DNA of 64,000 nt from a bacterium (GTDB taxonomy: Bacteria; SAR324; NAC60-12): positions 288,001 through 352,000 of the forward strand of contig CBDDTI010000747.1 of NCBI GenBank assembly GCA_965233585.1, given 5' to 3'. Every line of letters begins with the position of its first letter. The first letter of the stretch is position 1. The notes beneath the pieces were generated by a model. It did no database searches. It saw only the letters and a list, made by a program, of their open reading frames with translations, and was not told the DNA's origin. This document shows positions 48,804 through 59,914 of the stretch, piece after piece. The position numbers and the translations under genes were made by a program.

Positions 48804-50576
48804 ATGACAGAATCCACTCCCCCACCCTCACAGGTTCAATTTGACTTTGACGCTCCATTTGACATGGAGTCGTTGGTTGACATGTCTTCTCCCTTTGCCA
48901 AAGAACAAACTATTTCAGTCGGTCGGATTACTGAGATTAGCAAAGACTTTGTCACCGTTGACATCGGCTTTAAATCCGAAGGCAAAATTCCAGTAGAACA
49001 ATTCCGAAACGAAGATGGTCAACTGACAGCTCAACTTGGAGAAGAAACAGAAGTTTACATTGAAGCGTTTGAAGATTATGACGGCATTGCCATTCTTTCT
49101 AAAGAAAAGGCACACAAACAACGTGTCTGGGAAAATGTAACGCAAGTTTATGAAAACGATGGCACAGTCAAAGGTACAATCACTGGTCGCATCAAAGGAG
49201 GATTGTCAGTAGATATTGGGGTCAAAGCATTTTTGCCGGGGTCACAAATTGATCTGAGACCTGTAAAAAACCTTGACCAGATGATTGGTGAAACTTACGA
49301 ATTTAAAATCTTAAAACTCAACCAACGCAGAGGCAACATTGTCCTCTCCAGAAGATACCTGCTTGAAGTAGAACGGCATGCACAGCGTGAAGCAACCCTT
49401 GATAAGTTGCAAGAAGGTATGCTAGTGAAGGGTCGTGTCAAAAACATTACAGACTATGGTGTTTTTATTGACCTTGGGGGGATTGATGGATTGTTGCACA
49501 TTACAGACATCACATGGGGCAGAATCAACCGTCCTGCAGAGCTTTTTGAAATTGGAGAAGAAACAGAAGTTATCATTCTTAAATATATTCCTGAAACACA
49601 AAAAGTCTCTCTTGGGTTGAAACAAAAAGAGCCGAACCCTTGGGAAGGCGTGGCTGATAAGTATGCTGTCGGCACAAGAATTTCAGGGACGATTGTCAGC
49701 CTCACAGATTATGGTGCATTCATTCAGCTAGAACCGGGAATTGAGGGTTTGATCCATGTGTCAGAGATTTCATGGACTAAGAAGGTTCGCAATCCAAACA
49801 AGATGCTGACAGTGGGTCAAGAGGTAGAAGCCATCATCAAGGACATTAATGTTGAGGAGCATCGCATCTCACTTTCTATCAAAGAAGGAGAGCCTAACCC
49901 GTGGCTAGCAGTTCTTGAAAAGTATCCGATTGGTTCTGTTGTGATGGGAAAAATTCGCAACATCACAGAGTTTGGAGTCTTTGTAGGACTTGATGAAGGA
50001 GTGGACGGCTTGGTTCATGTCTCTGATCTTTCGTGGAATCAAAGGCATCGTCAAGTGCTGGAAGAATTCAAAAAAAATGACCAGATTGAAGCCAAAGTTT
50101 TAAACATTGATGTAGATCAAGAAAGACTTTCATTGGGTGTGAAGCAGCTCAGCCCTGACCCTTGGAAAAATCTTGAATACGAAGTGCAAATTGGCGACAA
50201 GGTTCACGGTACGGTCGCCTCGCTGACAGAGTTTGGAATCTTTGTAGAAATTGTGGAAGGTGTGGAAGGCTTGATTCACATCTCTGAAGTGGACAACTCT
50301 ATCAAAGGGAAAATTGAAAAATTTTATCCTGTCGGGTCAAAGATTGAAGCCTACGTCATCAAAGTAGATTCAGAAGAAAGAAGACTTGGTTTAAGCATCA
50401 TTGATGAAGTGCTTGACAAAGACCAAATTGTTGGCAAACACGAAGCAGAAAGCGATGCTGAAAACTCTGAAACACAAAGCGTTGAAGTGCAAAGTGTTGA
50501 GTCAACAGAGCTGGAAAATCCTGACCTCCCAGAAGAAGTGGCTGAAGAATCTGAAGTCCAAGACCGTCAGGAATGA
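48804..50576 (+). CDS. rpsA: 30S ribosomal protein S1
   Basis: Six S1 domains (DIGFKSEG, AFLPGSQID, DGLLHITDI ...); acidic tail. Confidence 0.97.
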   Translation: MTESTPPPSQVQFDFDAPFDMESLVDMSSPFAKEQTISVGRITEISKDFVTVDIGFKSEGKIPVEQFRNEDGQLTAQLGEETEVYIEAFEDYDGIAILSKEKAHKQRVWENVTQVYENDGTVKGTITGRIKGGLSVDIGVKAFLPGSQIDLRPVKNLDQMIGETYEFKILKLNQRRGNIVLSRRYLLEVERHAQREATLDKLQEGMLVKGRVKNITDYGVFIDLGGIDGLLHITDITWGRINRPAELFEIGEETEVIILKYIPETQKVSLGLKQKEPNPWEGVADKYAVGTRISGTIVSLTDYGAFIQLEPGIEGLIHVSEISWTKKVRNPNKMLTVGQEVEAIIKDINVEEHRISLSIKEGEPNPWLAVLEKYPIGSVVMGKIRNITEFGVFVGLDEGVDGLVHVSDLSWNQRHRQVLEEFKKNDQIEAKVLNIDVDQERLSLGVKQLSPDPWKNLEYEVQIGDKVHGTVASLTEFGIFVEIVEGVEGLIHISEVDNSIKGKIEKFYPVGSKIEAYVIKVDSEERRLGLSIIDEVLDKDQIVGKHEAESDAENSETQSVEVQSVESTELENPDLPEEVAEESEVQDRQE

Positions 50577-50587
50577 TACTTCTTTAG

Positions 50588-50638
50588 GGTATGCTGGCAA
50601 GGTGAATCTCAAGAACCTTGCTTGCATACCAAAAAAAA
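50588..50638. terminator. Hairpin between convergent rpsA and hemJ
   Basis: ggtatgc..gcaaggt / accttgc..gcatacc stem followed by A8. Confidence 0.55.
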
Positions 50639-50644
50639 TCGGGG

Positions 50645-51172
50645 TCAAGATTTTTTTCTAGCAAGTAGTAAGACACTGATCCCAATCAATCCTGCAAGTG
50701 ATGCGATTATCCCAAGCAATGCCCACCATGTCAGTGCGTCTTTAAAAACCACTACAACGACGATTCCAATCAATAGAACTGATGGGACTTCATTAAATAA
50801 CCTTAAACTCCTGCCACTCCATGAACAACTTCCTGACTCCAATTCCAGACGGATTTTGTCGCAAAAGAAATGGTAGGCAACCAAAATGGCAACTAAGCAG
50901 ATCTTGGTCAAAAGCCATGTTGTAGTCCAAGATTGAGAAAGCCATGCTAAAGCAACCCCACAACTCAAAGCAATGACCATAGAAGGTTGTGTGATAGCCT
51001 TCCACAAACGACGTTCCATGATAGCGAATTGTTTGTGTAATGTGTTACATTCTTCTTGGGGTTTGTCTTCAATTTCTTTGTGATACACAAAAAGCCTACC
51101 CAAGTAAAACAAGCCTGCAAACCACGTGACAATACTGATAAGATGAAGGGATTTAAGGGTGAGATAAATCAT
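50645..51172 (-). CDS. hemJ: Protoporphyrinogen oxidase HemJ
   Basis: KSLHLI...WFAGLFYLGRLFVYH, MERRL, RLFNEVP. Confidence 0.95.
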   Translation of the reverse strand: MIYLTLKSLHLISIVTWFAGLFYLGRLFVYHKEIEDKPQEECNTLHKQFAIMERRLWKAITQPSMVIALSCGVALAWLSQSWTTTWLLTKICLVAILVAYHFFCDKIRLELESGSCSWSGRSLRLFNEVPSVLLIGIVVVVVFKDALTWWALLGIIASLAGLIGISVLLLARKKS

Positions 51173-51181
51173 AATTGAAAT

Positions 51182-53854
51182 ATGAAAGATTCATCAGACG
51201 AAGACATCAAGGTTAGCAATCTTCAAAGGCTTTCTCAAGTCAAGACTCCCATGATGGAGCAATATGTCTCTATCAAAAAAGACCATCTTGATAAAATTCT
51301 TTTTTTTAGAATGGGAGATTTTTATGAGATGTTTGGTCACGATGCTGTGGTGGCAGCAAAAATTTTACGAATCGCCTTGACTTCCCGTGATAAAAACAAA
51401 GCTGATGCCGTAGAAATGTGCGGAGTACCGCAACATTCTTACGAGTATTACATCAACCGTTTACTGCTAGCAGGGCATAAGGTCGCAGTCTGTGAGCAAA
51501 CTGAAACACCAACACAAGACAAAAAAATTGTTGCAAGACGTGTGACACGAATCGTCACTCCCAGCACGGTCACCATTGAAAAAGGAATTGAGGCTGAAAA
51601 AGACCGTTATCTTGTTGCCATTTCTTTTCATAGCTCAAAAAAACGAATCGGCTTTGCTTGGGCTTCTTTGTTGACTGGTGAACTTCGCCTTACAGAGTTT
51701 CAATGGAAAGAACAAGACAAATTAATCAGTACCTTGCTTCAAGTCAAGCCTCAAGAAATTCTGATTTCAAACCAGCTTGCAACCTCAGAAGAACTGGTTT
51801 GGGAAAAGCTGTTTCAGCAAATCAAACAGCACTACCCCGACCCCCCAATGATTTCTGCCCAAAATCCCTTTTGCTTTGACCTGAAAAACAACATTCATCT
51901 CTTGCAGGAACATTTCAAAACCAGTCATTTTGAGGGTTTTGGAATTGACAAGGACAACAAAGCATTAGCTTCTGCAGGTGCATTACTGACTTATTTACAA
52001 GAGACGCAGCAAAGCGACCTCAAGCATTTTAGAAAACTTCAACTCATAGAAAGGGAAGATGTAATGCTTGTCAATCCTAGTGGATTTCGTGATTTGGAAG
52101 TGTTTCAAAGTTTTGGGACTAATGCGCTGCATACGCTTTTTGGTGTGTTGAATCATACCAGTAATCCGATGGGGGCTAGGCAACTGAAACAGTGGCTTCA
52201 AAATCCTTTGATTGATGTGAAAAAATTAGAAAAACGTTTTGATGCCATTGAAGAACTGCATCAGCAATTTGAAGTTTTTGAACAAATTCGCAAGCAACTC
52301 AAAGGCATTCCAGACTTATCTAAGGTGATTGGCAGAATTAGCTTGCCTCTTGTACAAGCAAGACATCTTGTCATCTTAAAAACGGCATTGAAACAAATCA
52401 AGTCCTTACCTCCACTCCTCCAAAATTTGCAAACTTTCCATTCACACAATTTTGAAGACTTAACACCATTAGAAAAATTACTAGACCAGTGGATTTTAGA
52501 TTCTCCTTCACTAGATTTAAATAAAGGGGGGTTCATTGCTGGTCAAATTTCAGATGAAATTGATGAATTAAGGAGTCTCAAAACAGATGCCAATCAACTT
52601 TTGAATCATCTAGCAGAATCAGAAAAAGAAAAAACACAAATTCCCACGTTAAAGGTGGGTTTTAATAAAATTTTTGGGCATTTTTTAGAAGTCAGTAAAA
52701 GTTATATTCGTCTTGTCCCTGACCATTACATTCGCAAACAGACATTGGCGAATGCAGAACGTTACGTCACCACAGAACTTCAAGAACTGGAAGAAAAAAT
52801 TTTGACAGCAGAGGAACGATTGATTGAGCTAGAATGTCAATTTTTTAATCAACTCCAAAATCAAGTTTTAGACTTTCTACCTGCACTACAACAAGCCATA
52901 GATCATTTGTCTGTTCTTGATGCCACTTGTGCTTTAGCAAAAGCGGCAGAAGTGAACAACTACAAACGTCCCAAGCTCTTTAGTTTAGACCAACCCAGAC
53001 GATTGCATCTTAAAGCCTCAAGACACCCTATCATTGAACGTATTGACCTTGATGAAGCATTCATTCCTAACGATATTGCACTAGGGCATGATGACTGCCG
53101 TATTGCTTTGATTACAGGACCGAATATGGCAGGGAAGTCAACATACATGAGGCAAATCGCACTCAATGTCCTGATGGCTCAATGTGGCAGTTTTGTTGCG
53201 GCAGATGAGGCTGAGATTTCTGTCATGGATCGTTTATTTACAAGGGTTGGAGCATCAGACAATTTGAGCCGTGGGGAAAGTACTTTCATGGTTGAAATGA
53301 ATGAAATTGCAGTCATTCTGAATTACGCAACACCCAATAGCTTGGTCATTTTAGATGAAGTCGGTCGTGGAACAAGCACCTTTGATGGCATTAGCATCGC
53401 ATGGGCTGTGATTGAATCACTCAACCAACAAAGGGCTTTAACGTTGTGTGCTACTCATTATCAAGAATTAACTCAACTGGAAGGATTATTGGAGGGCGTC
53501 AAAAATTTTCATGTTTCTATTGAAGACATGAAAAACAATATCATCTTTACTAGAAAAATAGGCACAGGTGCGTCGCACCGAAGCTATGGGATTTATGTTG
53601 CCAAATTGGCAGGAGTCCCTGCATCTGTCATCAGACGCTCTCAAAAAATTCTGTTGCAATTAGAATCAGAAAACACACAGCAAGCCTCTTTTTTGCCCAT
53701 GCTAGACACACCTGATTTGGAGGAGACATTTCACGTTGAATCATCATCAGAATCAGAAATTGAATCTGAACTTAAAGCAGTTGATGTTGATTCTATGACT
53801 CCACTTGAAGCACTCAACTATCTTTCAAAATTGATTCATCGCCTACATGAATAA
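51182..53854 (+). CDS. mutS: DNA mismatch repair protein MutS
   Basis: TPMMEQY, FFRMGDFYE, TGPNMAGKSTY, STFMVEM, DEVGRGTST. Confidence 0.97.
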   Translation: MKDSSDEDIKVSNLQRLSQVKTPMMEQYVSIKKDHLDKILFFRMGDFYEMFGHDAVVAAKILRIALTSRDKNKADAVEMCGVPQHSYEYYINRLLLAGHKVAVCEQTETPTQDKKIVARRVTRIVTPSTVTIEKGIEAEKDRYLVAISFHSSKKRIGFAWASLLTGELRLTEFQWKEQDKLISTLLQVKPQEILISNQLATSEELVWEKLFQQIKQHYPDPPMISAQNPFCFDLKNNIHLLQEHFKTSHFEGFGIDKDNKALASAGALLTYLQETQQSDLKHFRKLQLIEREDVMLVNPSGFRDLEVFQSFGTNALHTLFGVLNHTSNPMGARQLKQWLQNPLIDVKKLEKRFDAIEELHQQFEVFEQIRKQLKGIPDLSKVIGRISLPLVQARHLVILKTALKQIKSLPPLLQNLQTFHSHNFEDLTPLEKLLDQWILDSPSLDLNKGGFIAGQISDEIDELRSLKTDANQLLNHLAESEKEKTQIPTLKVGFNKIFGHFLEVSKSYIRLVPDHYIRKQTLANAERYVTTELQELEEKILTAEERLIELECQFFNQLQNQVLDFLPALQQAIDHLSVLDATCALAKAAEVNNYKRPKLFSLDQPRRLHLKASRHPIIERIDLDEAFIPNDIALGHDDCRIALITGPNMAGKSTYMRQIALNVLMAQCGSFVAADEAEISVMDRLFTRVGASDNLSRGESTFMVEMNEIAVILNYATPNSLVILDEVGRGTSTFDGISIAWAVIESLNQQRALTLCATHYQELTQLEGLLEGVKNFHVSIEDMKNNIIFTRKIGTGASHRSYGIYVAKLAGVPASVIRRSQKILLQLESENTQQASFLPMLDTPDLEETFHVESSSESEIESELKAVDVDSMTPLEALNYLSKLIHRLHE

Positions 53855-55970
53855 ACTCAAAATTCTATTGCTCTTTTTTTTGTCTTTGTGCTTTCAAACA
53901 GGTTTAGCAGATGAATCTTTCCAAAATTTACAGATGCTTTACCAAAAACAAAAATGGGCTTTGCTTTTTCAAAGCACAAAAGATTGGTATTGGAAGGCAA
54001 CAGATGAAGTACGACGGGCAACAGGATTGTTTTTTATTGCAGAAAGCGCTAAACATTTGAATCATCATCAAAAGTCTAAAGAAGCATTGCTTTTGGCACA
54101 AAAGCAGTTTCCTCAATATCAAAACTTCTGGCTTTGGAACATGGCAAAGTTATATCAGCAATCCAAACAATATAAAGCATGGGCAAAAGCGATTGATGCC
54201 TTTTCAAAGCAGAATCTTTCAGCTAGTGAATGGAGACAATTTGCTGAGGATTTGAAGGTGTCTTGCGTGCAAGTTTCATGTGTTGCCATCTCTTCTGCAT
54301 TTGGACGATTGATGAAACAATCCAAATTCCCTGCCAATAAAGATGCCCAACTGATAGAACTTTATATAAAATCTCTCCCAAAAGACTCTAAAAATTTGAT
54401 TCAAACTTGGAGGCGGCAACAGTGGGTTTACCCTAAATCGCCAAAACAAGCCTTGCAACTTCATGGCAAGAAAAATCTGGGTAAAATTCAAAAAACCCAA
54501 TATCTTCAGCGATTAAGAAATCTTTCTAAATTGCAGGCGTTCACACTACTCTTGAAAGAAGCCCCGCTATTTGTTAAGCAAGTGTCTTCTCCTCAAATTC
54601 GCCAATCTATTGGCAAGCTCTATCTTTCCACTCTTTTTCGTAAGAAAGACTATCAAACCCTTCTCAAATTATCAGGTGGCTCTAAATTTCAAAAAACCTA
54701 TCAGATGCAAGGTGACCAGATGCTTTTTTGGAAAATGCGTTCTCAACAAAGGCTAGGACAAGTCACACGTTCTTCTGGCACTGTCAATACTTTAGCCAAG
54801 CAGTTTCCCAAATCTCCACTCCTTGCTAAATCCTACCTTCATGTTGCAGAGAATTTTGAAGCGATTAGAAAGTTTTCCTCTGCCAACAAGTATTATCAAC
54901 GATTGGTCCAAAAATATCCTAAAACGAAGCATGCGGCAACTGCTCTTTGGAGGCAAGGGCGGGTGGCATACAGACAGAAACAATATCAAAAAGCCCAACA
55001 ACTCTTTATCAAAGCGGCAAAACTTTTCCAACATCAGGAGAATCGTGCGAAAGCGTGGTATTGGCATGCCAAAGCCTTGTTGTTTGCCAAACAACGCAGT
55101 GCTTCAGGACGTGCCATTCAAACCCTTTGGCAACAATATCCCAATACATTTTATGGCATTTATTCGCTCAAATGGGTGAAGTCTTGGAGATTGCCAAGAC
55201 AATATAAACGGAAACCTCAACTGACTGCTCTCACTTATCAACCCGAAGGCAAGCCTTTGCAGCAAGACTCTCTTCAATTATCCCAGTTTTTCTTATCTAT
55301 CCAACAAAAGCAGTGGATTCCTTCGCATCAAAAAATCTCTGTGAAGTCCTTAAATCCTTTAGCACGTTTGGACTATGCCAAGTTTTTACTGCAACTTGGT
55401 AAATATCACGAACTGGTCAGGCTTTCAGTCTCATATTATGAACATTTGATGCTCAAAACTCCTACCAAAGACCAAGAATTGTGGAATTTTATTTATCCCA
55501 AAGCGTATTGGGAAATGGTGAGAGGAGCTAGTCAGAAGGCAAAAATTGACCCCTATTGGACACTAGCAGTCATGCGGGAAGAAAGTCATTTTGACGAACA
55601 AGCAGTCTCATCAGCCTATGCTTACGGCTTGATGCAACTCCTTGATTCTACTGCCAGAGAAACAGCTCAAAGGCTAAAAATGCCCTATCGTGATGCAAAG
55701 GATTTAGTCAATCCAGAAACAAATATTATCTTGGGTTCGGCATATTTAGGCAGATTGCAACGTTACTTTGCTAAAACAAAACCTGTTGCCAATCAAATCA
55801 TTTATGCCACTGGTTCTTACAATGCAGGAGCAAGCAATATGAAACGGTGGATTAAAAAACATTCCAAATTGCCTCAAGATGAATTTATTGAGAGGGTGCC
55901 TTTCAATGAAACCCGTTTTTACATCAAAAAAGTTCTACGTTCTTATCAAATGTATCATCAGATTTATTGA
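53847..55970 (+). CDS. Soluble lytic transglycosylase with TPR repeats
   Basis: Signal peptide, TPRs, REESHF, GLMQL, SYNAG, PFNETRFY. Confidence 0.92.
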   Translation: MNKLKILLLFFLSLCFQTGLADESFQNLQMLYQKQKWALLFQSTKDWYWKATDEVRRATGLFFIAESAKHLNHHQKSKEALLLAQKQFPQYQNFWLWNMAKLYQQSKQYKAWAKAIDAFSKQNLSASEWRQFAEDLKVSCVQVSCVAISSAFGRLMKQSKFPANKDAQLIELYIKSLPKDSKNLIQTWRRQQWVYPKSPKQALQLHGKKNLGKIQKTQYLQRLRNLSKLQAFTLLLKEAPLFVKQVSSPQIRQSIGKLYLSTLFRKKDYQTLLKLSGGSKFQKTYQMQGDQMLFWKMRSQQRLGQVTRSSGTVNTLAKQFPKSPLLAKSYLHVAENFEAIRKFSSANKYYQRLVQKYPKTKHAATALWRQGRVAYRQKQYQKAQQLFIKAAKLFQHQENRAKAWYWHAKALLFAKQRSASGRAIQTLWQQYPNTFYGIYSLKWVKSWRLPRQYKRKPQLTALTYQPEGKPLQQDSLQLSQFFLSIQQKQWIPSHQKISVKSLNPLARLDYAKFLLQLGKYHELVRLSVSYYEHLMLKTPTKDQELWNFIYPKAYWEMVRGASQKAKIDPYWTLAVMREESHFDEQAVSSAYAYGLMQLLDSTARETAQRLKMPYRDAKDLVNPETNIILGSAYLGRLQRYFAKTKPVANQIIYATGSYNAGASNMKRWIKKHSKLPQDEFIERVPFNETRFYIKKVLRSYQMYHQIY

Positions 55971-56019
55971 TGGCTCGGATTTATTGATTTTTGGGTTTTT
56001 TAAAAAGTCCTACGTTCCA

Positions 56020-56727
56020 TTAGGTTTTCATTTGAACAGCAGTTGTGCCGTCAAAACAACCAACCACGACTCCGTTGGCTTCACGATTAAAAAGTCCATT
56101 TTCTACAACGCCCGGAATCGTATTCAAAGAAGTTTCCAATCCTTCAGGGTTACCAATAGCAAGACAATGACAGTCTAAAATAAAGTTTCCACTGTCGGTG
56201 ACAATGGGCTTTCCTCCCTTTTCTCTTCTTTCTATCTTGACTTGCTGCACATCAAATGCTGGCAACATCTTTTCAATCCTTTTTTGGGTTTGCACCCAAC
56301 CAAATTGCACCACTTCCACAGGCAATGGAAATCGTCCCAACTGCTTAACTCTCTTTGTTTCATCACAAATGATGATGACTTGTTTGGAGGCATGAGCGAC
56401 CACTTTCTCCCAGAGTAAACAAGCCCCTCCCCCTTTAATCATTCTAAATTGTCCGTCAATTTCATCAGGTCCATCAATGGTGAGGTCTAATGTTCCAATT
56501 TCATTGATGTTTGTGATTTCAATGCCAACTTCTTCAGCAACGTCAATCGTACTTTGTGAAGTAGCAGTTGTTGTCAGTTTTAAGCCTTGTTTCACTTTTT
56601 CCCCCAGAGAACGAACAAAAAAATGTGAGGTTGTTCCAGACCCCAGTCCGAGTTTCATACCATCATAGACAAATTGGTCTATTGCTGTGATGCCAGCAAG
56701 AATTTTGGCTTGGTCTTGTGTTGACAT
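56020..56727 (-). CDS. rpiA: Ribose-5-phosphate isomerase A
   Basis: GLGSGTT, DGPDE, IKGGG, PGVVENGLF. Confidence 0.95.
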   Translation of the reverse strand: MSTQDQAKILAGITAIDQFVYDGMKLGLGSGTTSHFFVRSLGEKVKQGLKLTTTATSQSTIDVAEEVGIEITNINEIGTLDLTIDGPDEIDGQFRMIKGGGACLLWEKVVAHASKQVIIICDETKRVKQLGRFPLPVEVVQFGWVQTQKRIEKMLPAFDVQQVKIERREKGGKPIVTDSGNFILDCHCLAIGNPEGLETSLNTIPGVVENGLFNREANGVVVGCFDGTTAVQMKT

Positions 56728-56749
56728 ATTGTGGTTTGTTTGATGAATG

Positions 56750-57595
56750 TTAAACTTTATCTTGAATCCAAGAGTACATGGCAGAAAGTTGGTCAGGAAA
56801 TTGGACGCCTAAAGTCATTGCCATTGTTGTTGTTAAAATATTGACAACGATTTGATGATTGAGCCTAGAAGAAAGGGGTGTCATCACCTCAACCTGCTCA
56901 TAGGGTTGGATTCCAATCGTGTATTGTGAAGCCAGTGCTAAGGGGCTGTTTGGTGCAGTAATCGTCATTGCTTGACCTCCTGAAGCGTTGGCATGGTGTG
57001 CTAACTCAATCAAGTGTCGTGTTGTGCCAGATTGAGAAAAGATCATCAAAAGGTCTCCTTTTTTCAAACTTTTACTAAGAATTGTTTGGAGTGATAAACG
57101 AGTGACCGCTCTGCAACGTATCCCAATCCTAGAAAATTTATGTTCTGCTTCTAAGGCAACAATCTCTGTTAAACCAGCAGCAGCAATGATGACCCAGTTG
57201 GCTTGAAGCAAAACATTGTTGGCAATTTCCATCTCCTGAATATTAAAATCTCCCAACGCTCGTTGGATTGCATTGATAGAGTTACGGCAAGTTTTACTGA
57301 CAACCTCTGCAACATTGTCATGTTGGTTGATAGATTCGTAGGCAAATGGAGCCGCAGGCACAAGGTCTTGGGCGAGACGTATTTTAAATTCATTAAAGCC
57401 ATCAAAACCTAACTTTCTGAAAAAACGGACGATTGTTGGGTCGCTGACACCACTGGCTTCTGCAAGTTCTGCCATCGTCAAATTCAGCATTCTTTGGGGG
57501 TCAGAAATGACATAATCTGCCACAGATTTTTCAGCATTTTTCATGTTCTGACTCAAAGAACGAATGGTATGTAATAGGCTTCTTTGGCTCATCAC
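56750..57595 (-). CDS. RpiR/MurR-family transcriptional regulator
   Basis: HTH ELAEASGVSDPTIVRFFRKLGFDGF plus SIS domain (FSQSGTT). Confidence 0.93.
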   Translation of the reverse strand: MMSQRSLLHTIRSLSQNMKNAEKSVADYVISDPQRMLNLTMAELAEASGVSDPTIVRFFRKLGFDGFNEFKIRLAQDLVPAAPFAYESINQHDNVAEVVSKTCRNSINAIQRALGDFNIQEMEIANNVLLQANWVIIAAAGLTEIVALEAEHKFSRIGIRCRAVTRLSLQTILSKSLKKGDLLMIFSQSGTTRHLIELAHHANASGGQAMTITAPNSPLALASQYTIGIQPYEQVEVMTPLSSRLNHQIVVNILTTTMAMTLGVQFPDQLSAMYSWIQDKV

Positions 57596-57602
57596 AGAAT
57601 CA

Positions 57603-58280
57603 TCAAAAGTCAGATTGAGAAGTGAAAGGTATTAAGTCTGACAGCCTTTGAATGCGTGTGTCATTTTGTGTGTCCATCGTACTTCCTCCCCCCCAACTGA
57701 CTAGAAAAAATGGGACACGTGCGGCATAAGCACAGGCTCTGTCCACTTCGCTATCGCCGACATAAAATGTTTGGTCAGCTTCCACTTCTAACTTTTCAAT
57801 GACTGCTAAAAGATGATCTTGGTGCGGTTTGGGACGTTCCACAATTCCTGCCCCGATGACACAGTGGAAGAAATGAGAAACACCCAGTTTTTCTAAAACA
57901 AGCAATGTTAAGTTGTGGGGTTTGTTGGTGCAGACCCCAAGCACAAGTCCCGCCTTTCGTAAGGCTTCTAAGTCTTCTTTGACGTATGGGAAAAGTTGTG
58001 TTCTCTGGGCAGGTTCTTCTTGATAAAATTGCAAATACTCTTTGAGCCTTTCGTCAAGAAAAGGTTTGGAATACTGAACACCGTTTTGTTGGAATGCTTG
58101 AGAGATAATATAGTTTGCTCCCTTGCCTGCTTCTACAAGTTTTTTGGCAGTGGAGTGACTCAGTAACTCTTGCCCTTGTGTCTGCAAAACTTTGTTCAAA
58201 GCAGCAGCAATATCTTGAGAACTGTCAACTAGCGTTCCGTCAAGGTCAAAGATCACTGCTTTGATAGTAGTAGGTTTCAT
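57603..58280 (-). CDS. HAD-family phosphatase (Gph-like)
   Basis: FDLDGTLVDS, CTNK, KPH, VGDSEVD. Confidence 0.92.
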   Translation of the reverse strand: MKPTTIKAVIFDLDGTLVDSSQDIAAALNKVLQTQGQELLSHSTAKKLVEAGKGANYIISQAFQQNGVQYSKPFLDERLKEYLQFYQEEPAQRTQLFPYVKEDLEALRKAGLVLGVCTNKPHNLTLLVLEKLGVSHFFHCVIGAGIVERPKPHQDHLLAVIEKLEVEADQTFYVGDSEVDRACAYAARVPFFLVSWGGGSTMDTQNDTRIQRLSDLIPFTSQSDF

Positions 58281-58402
58281 CTTTTTTTGAAAAATTCGCT
58301 ATTTTTTAACACTGTTTGAAGTTAAAAAAAGAGCAACGAGATATGGCTTGTCCTGTTTGTGAACCAAAAGCGTTTTTTAAATGCAAAGCATTGAGTACCA
58401 AA

Positions 58403-59905
58403 TCAGTTGACAAATGTCGTAAGCTGGTCATTGACATCTTTGAGGCTTTGATAAAGTTGAGTATAAATTTGAAAGATTTGGTCATAATGCTTGGTGTGTG
58501 CTGGTTGAGGACTCCAACGTTGCTCCACTTGGAACAAATGAGCAAAGTCTTCAACACCACTCCAATTCCCCAAACCCAGCCCCGCAATCAACGCAGCTCC
58601 ATAAGCTGCCCCGTGAGACGCATTGCCAATGACGACCACATCTTCACCCAAAATATCTGCTTGAAGTTGATTCCAAAATGACGAATTTGTCCCCCCACCT
58701 GAAGCGTGAATGACTTGTGATTGTTGAGCTTGGTCAATCAAACCTGCAATATCCCTTAAAGAGTAGGTGATGCCTTCAAAAACTGCCCTGTGAAAATGGC
58801 TTGGGGTGTGATGCGAACGCAGACCTACAAAAGCCCCACGTGCTGATGAATCTGCATAAGGGCAACGTTCCCCCATCAAGTAAGGCAAAAACAAAAGACC
58901 TTCTGCCCCCGTCGCAATACTTTTTGCCATCGTTGCCATGTCATCAAAAGACAAATCCATGACTCCTTGCGTCTTTTTCCACCATGCTAAAGCGTTTCCT
59001 GCATTCAAAGTCACTCCCATACAATGCCATTTTTTAGGAATGACATGACAAAACACTTGGACAGCACCCCCGTCATTTGGAATCGGTTGTTCCAATGAAG
59101 TTGCAACAATCCCCCCTGTGCCAATGGTTGTTTGTAACGCTGTGTTATCAATAACACCTGCACCTAAGGTCTGAATGACGGCGTCCCCACCTCCCCCAAC
59201 CACAGGAATCCCCGCCTTGATTCCAAAAAGTTCTGCTCCTTGAGAAGACACGCAACCTGATACTTCGTGAGACTCTGTGTAAGATGGTAGCAACGTTGGG
59301 TCAATATCAATTCGGCTTAATAGCTCATCTGACCAACGTCTATTGACGACATCAAAAAGTCCCATTCCAGAAGCATCGCTGACCTCTGTTACAATTTCTC
59401 CAGTCAACTTGAAACGGACATAATCTTTGGGGTTGATGATGAAACGTGTTTTTTCAAACAATTCAGGTTCATGTTTTTGAAACCAACGAATTTTACCGCC
59501 TGTAAAACCGGGAAGCATGGGATTGTTCACCATACTTAACAAAGCCTCTAAACCCCCAGCAAGTTCTGTGATTTCTTGGCACTCTTTCTGACAACGTTGG
59601 TCATTCCAAAGAATTGCAGGACGAAGGACTTGATAGTTTTCATCTAGTGAAACCATGCCGTGCATGTGTCCAGAAAGCCCGATGCCCAAAATTTCAACTC
59701 CTGTTGCACTCACCAACTCCCTGACTGCTTTGACTGCCACAGCAACCCAGTCATCTGGATGCTGTTCTGACCAGCCTTCTTGGGGGAATGAGGAGGAAGG
59801 ATAAGGCAGAGTGCCTTTGGTCTCCATCACCTTCCCATCAGGAGACATGAGAAGCACCTTGCAGTTGGTTGACCCAATGTCTATTCCTAAATATGCTGAT
59901 TGCAT
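58403..59905 (-). CDS. xylB: Xylulokinase (FGGY family)
   Basis: LGIDIGST, GLSGHMHG, ILWNDQR, LPYLMGER. Confidence 0.9.
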   Translation of the reverse strand: MQSAYLGIDIGSTNCKVLLMSPDGKVMETKGTLPYPSSSFPQEGWSEQHPDDWVAVAVKAVRELVSATGVEILGIGLSGHMHGMVSLDENYQVLRPAILWNDQRCQKECQEITELAGGLEALLSMVNNPMLPGFTGGKIRWFQKHEPELFEKTRFIINPKDYVRFKLTGEIVTEVSDASGMGLFDVVNRRWSDELLSRIDIDPTLLPSYTESHEVSGCVSSQGAELFGIKAGIPVVGGGGDAVIQTLGAGVIDNTALQTTIGTGGIVATSLEQPIPNDGGAVQVFCHVIPKKWHCMGVTLNAGNALAWWKKTQGVMDLSFDDMATMAKSIATGAEGLLFLPYLMGERCPYADSSARGAFVGLRSHHTPSHFHRAVFEGITYSLRDIAGLIDQAQQSQVIHASGGGTNSSFWNQLQADILGEDVVVIGNASHGAAYGAALIAGLGLGNWSGVEDFAHLFQVEQRWSPQPAHTKHYDQIFQIYTQLYQSLKDVNDQLTTFVN

Positions 59906-59914
59906 GATTTTTTT